DNA of 14,998 nt from Nitrospinales bacterium (GTDB taxonomy: Bacteria; Nitrospinota; Nitrospinia; Nitrospinales; JAJDAT01): positions 1-14,998 of the forward strand of contig JBHHYO010000065.1 of NCBI GenBank assembly GCA_046757665.1. The letters are read 5' to 3'. The notes beneath the pieces were generated by a model. That model was given only the letters and a program-made list of their open reading frames with translations, searched no databases and had not been told where the DNA came from. Both the position numbers and the translations under genes were made by a program. Positions 1 to 6,365 of this stretch are shown here, piece after piece; position 1 is the first letter of the stretch; every line of letters starts with the position of its first letter.

Positions 1-96
1 CGAAGTTGGGCAGAAAAACTCCAGCCAAACAATAAATCAGAAAGCGCTTTTTTAAAAGAAGTACAAAAATTTTTAAAGAGCAGATTCAAGTTTTAA
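1..96 (+). CDS. 3' end of an upstream gene (partial, unknown product)
   Basis: Frame 1 is open from base 1 (RSWAEKLQPNNKSESAFLKEVQKFLKSRFKF) to TAA at 94-96. Too short to assign a family. Confidence 0.5.
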   Translation, partial: RSWAEKLQPNNKSESAFLKEVQKFLKSRFKF

Positions 97-106
97 GTGC
101 AATTTT

Positions 107-190
107 GGAGACGATTACAAAATCTTCCTCAACGTTGACGACAACAACGTGATCCGGGAGGTCCGCTTCACCGGGCCGGGCTACGCCATC
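107..190 (+). pseudogene. Decayed internal fragment of sufU (partial direct repeat of 1561-1644)
   Basis: 72/84 nt identical to 1561-1644, ungapped. Translates GDDYKIFLNVDDNNVIREVRFTGPGYAI vs GDDYEIYLNVDDDNVIQEVSFTGSGCAI. No ATG start, in-frame stop upstream at 74-76, and the conserved Cys is changed to Tyr. Confidence 0.85.
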
Positions 191-191
191 C

Positions 192-259
192 GAGCTTGTC
201 GAAGAGGGGTGGCACGCCCTTTAAAATAAGGTGCACGCTTCGACAAGCTCAGCATGACA
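192..259. repeat. REP-like palindromic repeat (CTTCGACAAGCTCAG-type)
   Basis: Perfect 13-bp inverted repeat GAGCTTGTCGAAG (192-204) / CTTCGACAAGCTC (238-250). 234-259 matches 11039-11064 at 23/26 nt. Confidence 0.8.
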
Positions 260-324
260 TTAAAGGAAATCGCTTCAATCCGACTTTTTCGGCAACCTGT
301 TAATTTGTGTCCCCGGAATTGTGA

Positions 325-1422
325 ATGAAAAAACGTATTTTGTTTTATGCGGTCTCCTTGTTTCTTTTGCCAATCCTTATCACGGAAATAATGGGTCGTA
401 TCCTCCTGCCAACACCCGTCACCTTCACCTCTCCAAAGATCGACACGGTAGAAAATCATTTGCTAAAGAAAAACATAAAAGGCGTGATGGAATGGAAAGA
501 TAAAAACATTGAATTCCAGACGGTCGAACTGCACCCCGATATCGACTGGGGCGTCAGAGGCGAGGGCGTCAAGGATTGGAGCAAACCTTATTCTCTGGTG
601 GCGGGAGATTCATTTGTCTTTGGCGCAAACCTTAGATGGAAGGAAACTCTTCCCCGGCTTTTGCAAAAAGAAACAGGAACCCAATTCGTGAACATCGCCG
701 AAGGCGCCCATGGGCCCATCGAGGAGGCTTACAAAATAAAAAACGCCGTTCAAACGCTCAACCCCAAGCCGAAACAAGTCATCTGGTGTTACTTTGAAGG
801 CAATGATTTAAGGTCTCTTCAGTCAGAGATGGGAACAGGCTTTTTTTTCCTCAGGGGCTGGCTACACAAATATTCGTTTACTTACCGATTAGTAAAGCTG
901 GTAGTATTTCGGGGTGGTGGAAAACAATTCGCGGAATATAAAAAGTATTTCATATCAACAACGAGCGGTGAACAAATGAGGTTTTCACCCTCTGTATTGA
1001 AATTGAACCTTCCAAAGGAAGATACTCAAAACCCCGATTTTGCCGAAAAGGAATTTCAGTTTCTGGGACAACTAATTCGTGATGTGGCTGAACTTTGCGC
1101 TCAGCAGAGTGTCCGGTTGACAATAGTCAGTATTCCTTTTAAAGAACAGGTGTATTACCATAAAATTGTAAAGGATTTCCCCGAATGGAAAGGATATGAC
1201 TTATATTATCAAACCCGACGCCTCGAGGAAATCGCCCGAAAAACAAATGTTTCATTTATCAGTTTGTTGGAACCCTTTCTGGATATTTCCCGGCGGGAGT
1301 CCGACCTCTATTTTAAGGATGACGACCACTGGTCTCGGAAAGGCGCCCGGTACGCCGCCAGCATCCTGGGTAAAAACTTAAAACGGTTAAACCCGGAGAG
1401 AACCAAAACTCTCAACTTTTAA
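325..1422 (+). CDS. Membrane-anchored SGNH/GDSL hydrolase-family protein (AlgX/AlgJ-like O-acyltransferase or esterase)
   Basis: 365 aa. N-terminal hydrophobic anchor, block I VAGDSFVFG, block III EGNDL, block V DDDHWSRKG (DxH catalytic pair). Confidence 0.8.
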   Translation: MKKRILFYAVSLFLLPILITEIMGRILLPTPVTFTSPKIDTVENHLLKKNIKGVMEWKDKNIEFQTVELHPDIDWGVRGEGVKDWSKPYSLVAGDSFVFGANLRWKETLPRLLQKETGTQFVNIAEGAHGPIEEAYKIKNAVQTLNPKPKQVIWCYFEGNDLRSLQSEMGTGFFFLRGWLHKYSFTYRLVKLVVFRGGGKQFAEYKKYFISTTSGEQMRFSPSVLKLNLPKEDTQNPDFAEKEFQFLGQLIRDVAELCAQQSVRLTIVSIPFKEQVYYHKIVKDFPEWKGYDLYYQTRRLEEIARKTNVSFISLLEPFLDISRRESDLYFKDDDHWSRKGARYAASILGKNLKRLNPERTKTLNF

Positions 1423-1443
1423 CTGCCAAAGGAACAAACCGAA

Positions 1444-1896
1444 ATGGCTTACAGCAACGAACTTTATCAGCAGGTGATTCTGGAGCACAACCGGAAGCCG
1501 CGGAATTTCCATGAAATGGAAAACGCCACTCACTCCTGTCACGGCTACAATCCTCTGTGCGGCGACGATTACGAAATCTACCTCAACGTCGACGATGACA
1601 ACGTGATTCAGGAGGTCAGCTTCACCGGGTCGGGTTGCGCCATCTCCAAGGCCAGCGCCTCCCTGATGACCACGTTCCTGAGGGGCAAAACGGTGGACGA
1701 GGCAAAGGTCGTCTTTGAAGAGTTCCATCGGATGGTGCTGGGAGAGTTCGACCCCGAACAGCAGGAAAACCATCTGGGCAAACTCAAGCTGTTCAAGGGG
1801 GTGCGCGAGTTTCCCTCGCGCATCAAATGCGCCAGCCTGTCCTGGCACACCCTGGTCGGGGCCTTGAAGAAGGACTCGGTCGTCAGCACGGAATAA
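1444..1896 (+). CDS. sufU: SUF-system NifU-family Fe-S assembly/sulfur-transfer protein (SufU type)
   Basis: 150 aa. LYQQVILEH..KPRN, NPLCGD, GSGCAISKAS and FPSRIKCA give three Cys plus Asp. It has the SufU-type insert between Cys2 and Cys3 and lacks the IscU LPPVK motif. Confidence 0.92.
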   Translation: MAYSNELYQQVILEHNRKPRNFHEMENATHSCHGYNPLCGDDYEIYLNVDDDNVIQEVSFTGSGCAISKASASLMTTFLRGKTVDEAKVVFEEFHRMVLGEFDPEQQENHLGKLKLFKGVREFPSRIKCASLSWHTLVGALKKDSVVSTE

Positions 1897-1901
1897 GTCG
1901 C

Positions 1902-2954
1902 ATGAACATCGACGCGCACACACGGGCCGGCGAGTTGGTACAAACGCTCGCCGACGGAGTCCTCATTTGCACCGCCTGCGGACACCGTTGCAAACTGCGT
2001 CCCGGCCAGCGGGGCGTTTGCAAGGTGCGGTTCAACGACAAGGGAACGTTGATGGCGCCTTTTCGTTACGTGGCGGGAGTTCATAACGACCCGATCGAAA
2101 AGAAACCTTTTTTCCATGTCTATCCCGGTAGCAAGGCCCTGAGCTTCGGGATGCTGGGTTGCGACTTCCACTGCGCCTACTGCCAGAACTGGTTCACCTC
2201 GCAATCCCTGCGGGACGAGGCGGCCACCAGCTCGGCATCTGCAACCACGGCCGAGGAAATTTGCGATCTGGCCGAGGACAACGGCAGTCGTACGGTGGTC
2301 TCGACTTATAACGAACCCCTCATTACCAGCGAATGGGCCGTCGAGGTGTTCCGCGAAGCCAAGAGGCGCGGCCTGGCCACCGGCTACGTTTCCAATGGAC
2401 ACGGCACTCCGGAAGTTTTAGAATTTCTTCACCCGTGGCTGGATTTCTTCAAGATCGACCTGAAAGGATTTGACGCCAAAAAATACCGGCGGCTGGGCGG
2501 CAACCTGGAGGAAGTCCTGGAAACCATCCGGCAAGTCCACGCCATGGGATTCTGGACCGAAATCGTAACCCTTGTCATTCCCGGTTATAACGATTCCGAC
2601 CGGGAACTGGCCGGCATCGCCGAGTTCATCGCCTCGGTATCCGTGGATGTTCCCTGGCATGTTACGGCGTTTCATCCGGATTACAAGATGACCGACCGCG
2701 CGGCCACGCCGGTTGACACCTTGCTCCGTGCAAGGCGGCTGGGCAAGGAGTCGGGACTGAAATTCATCTATTCCGGCAACCGCCCCGGCCAGGTGGAAAA
2801 CACCGAGAACACTTACTGCCCCGGTTGCGGCGAACTGCTGGTGGCGCGCATGGGGTTTCGGGTTTTCGCCAATTATCTGCGCTCCGGCGCTTGCTCCTCC
2901 TGCGGCGAAGCTATCCCGGGCCGATGGAACAACAAAATTTTTGCGAAAGGATAA
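1902..2954 (+). CDS. amrS: AmmeMemoRadiSam-system radical SAM enzyme (PFL-activating-enzyme-like)
   Basis: Start revised to ATG 1902, 5 nt after the sufU stop (350 aa). N-terminal CTACGHRC..GVCKVR, DPIEKKPFFH, radical SAM GCDFHCAYCQNW (CxxxCxxC), TYNEP, PWHVTAFHPDYKM, C-terminal CPGC...CSSC. Confidence 0.9.
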   Translation: MNIDAHTRAGELVQTLADGVLICTACGHRCKLRPGQRGVCKVRFNDKGTLMAPFRYVAGVHNDPIEKKPFFHVYPGSKALSFGMLGCDFHCAYCQNWFTSQSLRDEAATSSASATTAEEICDLAEDNGSRTVVSTYNEPLITSEWAVEVFREAKRRGLATGYVSNGHGTPEVLEFLHPWLDFFKIDLKGFDAKKYRRLGGNLEEVLETIRQVHAMGFWTEIVTLVIPGYNDSDRELAGIAEFIASVSVDVPWHVTAFHPDYKMTDRAATPVDTLLRARRLGKESGLKFIYSGNRPGQVENTENTYCPGCGELLVARMGFRVFANYLRSGACSSCGEAIPGRWNNKIFAKG

Positions 2955-2959
2955 TCCCT

Positions 2960-3436
2960 ATGAATGACTTGGAAAAATCAGGTAAAGCCCTGGGCCGGCT
3001 GGCCAGCGGTTTGTTCATTTTAACCGCTCGATTCGGGGACCGGGAAGACGCCATCCTGGTCAGTTGGGTCAATCAGTGTTCGTTTGAACCGCTGACGGTG
3101 TCCGTGGCGCTTGCCAAGTCTCGCCCGGCACGGCTGTTGGTGGAGGCGTCAAACTCATTCAGCCTCAACATTCTGGGAACAGACAGCAACGGCCTGCTCA
3201 AACGGTTCAGCAAGCCGCCGGCGGCGGGAACCGACGTTTTCGAGGGACTCGATATTCGTCGAGGCGCGCTCGGCCTCGCCGTCCTGAACGACGCGGTTTC
3301 CCACCTGGAATGCGAGGTCATTCAACAGGTGCCGGTGGGCGACCATGTCCTCTATGTGGGAAAAGTTGTCGATGGGGATTTGTTGCAGGGAGGGGAGCCC
3401 TACGTCCACGTGCGTAATTCCGGACTCACTTATTAA
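2960..3436 (+). CDS. Flavin reductase-like FMN-binding protein
   Basis: Start revised to ATG 2960 (AAAGGA upstream; 158 aa). ALGRLASGLFILT, SWVNQCSFEP, SFSLNIL, LECEV....PVGDH.LYVGKV and HVRNSGLTY resemble the C-terminal flavin-reductase domain of cyanobacterial-type flavodiiron proteins. Confidence 0.88.
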   Translation: MNDLEKSGKALGRLASGLFILTARFGDREDAILVSWVNQCSFEPLTVSVALAKSRPARLLVEASNSFSLNILGTDSNGLLKRFSKPPAAGTDVFEGLDIRRGALGLAVLNDAVSHLECEVIQQVPVGDHVLYVGKVVDGDLLQGGEPYVHVRNSGLTY

Positions 3437-3711
3437 TCGAACCCCATCATCTTGCCGAGCATTTTCGGGATTTCCGTGCGGGTGAAAACCCAATAAATCA
3501 CCAAGCCCAAAAAAACGACGATCGAAACGAAACCGACAACGATCCTGATCAGGCGTTTGGGGTCTTTTTCGTAGTACTCCTTTAGGTCTCCGGCAAGCGA
3601 TTCGCCCAGCCCTTCATCCGGGTGTTTTCTCCAGGTTTTATCTATGGCGTCCCGACCATAAATAATCCCGAAGATGACCGCAATCATTAAAATTTCAACC
3701 GCACCCAGCAT
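3433..3711 (-). CDS. Small membrane protein with two predicted TM helices
   Basis: 92 aa, ATG preceded by GAGG, two hydrophobic stretches. Fills the gap behind the large minus-strand gene. Its stop overlaps the flavin reductase stop (TTAA 3433-3436). Confidence 0.75.
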   Translation of the reverse strand: MLGAVEILMIAVIFGIIYGRDAIDKTWRKHPDEGLGESLAGDLKEYYEKDPKRLIRIVVGFVSIVVFLGLVIYWVFTRTEIPKMLGKMMGFD

Positions 3712-3740
3712 AAGCCCTCACAACGCCCTTTCAAGCTTGC

Positions 3741-6239
3741 CTAAAAGCGGGTTAACCTTTTGGGAAGGGTATTATTTTCCACTTCCGCGTTTTTGGCGCA
3801 ACGAAACCCGTAATCCTCCAGGCGGATTTCGGGGCGGCTGTTATTTCTGAACGATGAATAAATAAAACCCGCCATGTCGTTCCAGGAGCCCCCCTTGATG
3901 ACCTTGAAAATGCCGCCTGGCGGGCTCTTGGGATTCATTTTATGAGTACGGCTTCTATAATACTCACTGTCGTACCAATCATCCACCCATTCTTTGACGT
4001 TCCCGGCCATGTGATAGACACCGAAAGGGCTTTTGCCGTCAGGCATGGAATCCACGGGAACCATAACGTCTAATCCCATCTGTTCCCAAAACTGATTAAA
4101 CCGGGCATCCCACGGCCCCGGCGGAGTATTGCCCCAGGGATAAGACCGTCCGTCAACACCACGCGCGGCCTTTTCCCATTCCGCTTCCGTGGGGAGCCGC
4201 TTATTTTTCCAGCGGCAATAGGCATCCGCTCCCATCCAGGAAACATTGTTGATGGGATAGGCGCCTTTTTCGGAAAAAAATTTTTCGTCATACTTCAGGG
4301 TGCCATATTGGTTGATACGATAATAGCCGTCGTTGCGTCCGATTTGATTGAGGAATTCGGCGTATTTTTCCGCGCTCACTTCATACTTGTCGATGTAAAA
4401 GGCATCCAGGTAAACGTCATGGGCGGGCCGTTCGTCCTGTTCCCGGAAATCGGATCCCATGGTAAAAAAACCGGCGGGGATTTTAGCCATATCCTTTGGG
4501 GTCCTCTGGCCTGGCGGTGTTTCATTGGAATCCTCGCGTCTTTTATCAGATGAACCCGGTTGCATTTTTTCCAGGAAATCCCGCGCTTCCCGGGCACGGG
4601 GACCACTGGTTTTTTTTGACAGGTAATATTTCAGGTGAGGCGCGGCTTTTTCTTTTTCCCCGCTCTTGACATAAAGCCAACCGATAAAAAATTCCAGTTC
4701 CGCAAAGTCGGGATGTTGTTTCGCCGCCTCATTCAGGTCCGTTATCATATCCTCCAGGGCGTGGGGCTTATTGTCGGCCAGGGCCTTGCGGTACCAGTCC
4801 CTGGCTTTCGGGTATTGTTTTTCCAGCAGGTGATAAAACCCCAGATTCATATACGCGAGGGTGGCGTAGTCTCCCCTGCCCTCGGTCAGGCCGCGTTTTG
4901 TCCAGACGATGGCCATCTTGACGTTTCCCGTGCGGTAATACGTCCAGCCGAGTTGAACGTAAGCCCGCAAAAACTCTGGACGCTGTTCAATCAGGTAACG
5001 AAGCGCCTCGATGGCCCGGTCGAAATCTTCAAGGCGGTAATAAGCCTCGGCCAGTTTTTCCTTGAGTTCAAAGTTGTCCGGGCTCAGGGCTTGCGCGGCC
5101 TGCAAGGTTTGCAGGGCCAGACGGTAATGGTTTAACCGCAGGTAAACGTCCGCCATACGCAAACGGTGCCGCAAATTTTGCGGATCGAGGCGGACCAGCT
5201 TTTTCAGGTGAAGAAGCGCGCCGACGGGGCGTCTTCGATCCAGATAAAGTCTTGCCAATTCCTGGTGGGCGACAATGGACGCGGGGTTCATTTGCGCCAC
5301 CCGCAAAAACGCTTCGATGGCCTGGTCATTCAACCCCGCCTCCGAATAGGCGATAGCCAGGTTCAACGCAGTCGCCTCGTCGTTGGGCTCCACGTCCCAG
5401 GCGGCCTCGTACTGCTCGATGGCCTGGTCGTACAACTTCATCTCCGAGAGCACGTTCCCCAAATTGTTCCGCGCCTCGAGGGAGCGCGGATTGATTTCCA
5501 CCGCCAGCCGCAAATAAAAAACCGCCTTTTTCGGCAGTGCCGCCTTGAAGTATATAGTCCCCACATTGGAAAAATAGGCGCCCAGGGTTTGTTTCTTTCC
5601 CAGGTTTTTCATGAAAAAGGGCGTTTGCGGCGTCACGCCGAAGCGCTCGTAATAAAAATCGTCCGGCAACAATTTGCCGTCCTGGGTGGTTTCGATATTG
5701 ACGCGGTATCCCGGAGACTCGAAGCGGACGAAAAAATGATTGGGCAACGCCACGCCGTGAAGAGGCAAATCCAGCCGGTCGCCAACAATCAGGTAAAGCA
5801 GGGACAAGGTCATGCAATAACCCCGCCGGGTTTGCAACAGCCCGTGCAAAAACGATTCGTCCGGCGCCAGCGGGAAACCCTGCGGGTCCACCCGCTCCGT
5901 GAAATGGAATCCCCATTCGTCGTGAATGGCGTGGCGCAAGACTTCCACTACCGATCGGGGATCGGTGCCGGAATCGATTTTTTTCCGGACCTGCTCCGTC
6001 AACTGATCAATGAGCGGCAAATCGACGTCGGCCTTCGGGTCCCAGTCCCTGGAGACAAGAAGCATTGCCTGGAGCAGATCAATTTTTTCCGCCGGACGGG
6101 CGGGAATGGAACTCAGTTGGTCGCGGACGGATGAAGAAGTAGCGTCGGGAAAACCGGCCCGCGGGGACACCAGGAACAGGGCCATGCAAAGCAAGCTCAA
6201 ACAACACGCGCCAAACGCTATTTCACACCGAGACCTCAT
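3741..6239 (-). CDS. Secreted multidomain protein: SirB1/transglutaminase-like domain + TPR array + C-terminal FGE-sulfatase (SUMF1/EgtB/PvdO family) domain
   Basis: Probable ATG 6239 (832 aa; TTG 6248 is an alternative). Signal-like N-terminus; FLHGLLQTRRGYCMTLSLLY...GVALPNHFFVR (Transglut_core2-like); many TPR units (ARNNLGNVL, AYVQLGWTYY, AYMNLGFYH); FGE motifs F.MGS, E.PAH.V, RLPTEAEWEKAARG, YPWG, MAGNVKEWV, KGGSW, YGFRCA. Confidence 0.88.
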   Translation of the reverse strand: MRSRCEIAFGACCLSLLCMALFLVSPRAGFPDATSSSVRDQLSSIPARPAEKIDLLQAMLLVSRDWDPKADVDLPLIDQLTEQVRKKIDSGTDPRSVVEVLRHAIHDEWGFHFTERVDPQGFPLAPDESFLHGLLQTRRGYCMTLSLLYLIVGDRLDLPLHGVALPNHFFVRFESPGYRVNIETTQDGKLLPDDFYYERFGVTPQTPFFMKNLGKKQTLGAYFSNVGTIYFKAALPKKAVFYLRLAVEINPRSLEARNNLGNVLSEMKLYDQAIEQYEAAWDVEPNDEATALNLAIAYSEAGLNDQAIEAFLRVAQMNPASIVAHQELARLYLDRRRPVGALLHLKKLVRLDPQNLRHRLRMADVYLRLNHYRLALQTLQAAQALSPDNFELKEKLAEAYYRLEDFDRAIEALRYLIEQRPEFLRAYVQLGWTYYRTGNVKMAIVWTKRGLTEGRGDYATLAYMNLGFYHLLEKQYPKARDWYRKALADNKPHALEDMITDLNEAAKQHPDFAELEFFIGWLYVKSGEKEKAAPHLKYYLSKKTSGPRAREARDFLEKMQPGSSDKRREDSNETPPGQRTPKDMAKIPAGFFTMGSDFREQDERPAHDVYLDAFYIDKYEVSAEKYAEFLNQIGRNDGYYRINQYGTLKYDEKFFSEKGAYPINNVSWMGADAYCRWKNKRLPTEAEWEKAARGVDGRSYPWGNTPPGPWDARFNQFWEQMGLDVMVPVDSMPDGKSPFGVYHMAGNVKEWVDDWYDSEYYRSRTHKMNPKSPPGGIFKVIKGGSWNDMAGFIYSSFRNNSRPEIRLEDYGFRCAKNAEVENNTLPKRLTRF

Positions 6240-6283
6240 AAGCCACAATTTTCCACAAAGGGAGCAAGCCGGTTTCTCTTCTT

Positions 6284-6312
6284 ATTATAGAAGGGTATTC
6301 ACCAAACCTCAA
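6284..6312 (-). promoter_or_regulatory. Putative sigma70 promoter for the TPR/FGE gene
   Basis: Minus strand TTGAGG (6312-6307) - 17 nt - TATAAT (6289-6284), intergenic, about 45 nt upstream of the ATG. Confidence 0.6.
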
Positions 6313-6365
6313 AACAAAGCAAAATGGTTTTCGAGCTATGGGATGGCATCCACGAAGCGGTTGCG

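Noticed and set aside
107..1644. sufU repeat pair as a diversity-generating retroelement TR/VR pair
   Set aside because: The 12 mismatches are not adenine-specific in either copy or strand (5 are C/T), the target is a housekeeping gene, and no reverse transcriptase is present.
1827..2959. Extended starts for amrS (1827) and flavin reductase (2825)
   Set aside because: They overlap the upstream genes. ATGs at 1902 and 2960 sit just after the preceding stops and match the family N-termini.
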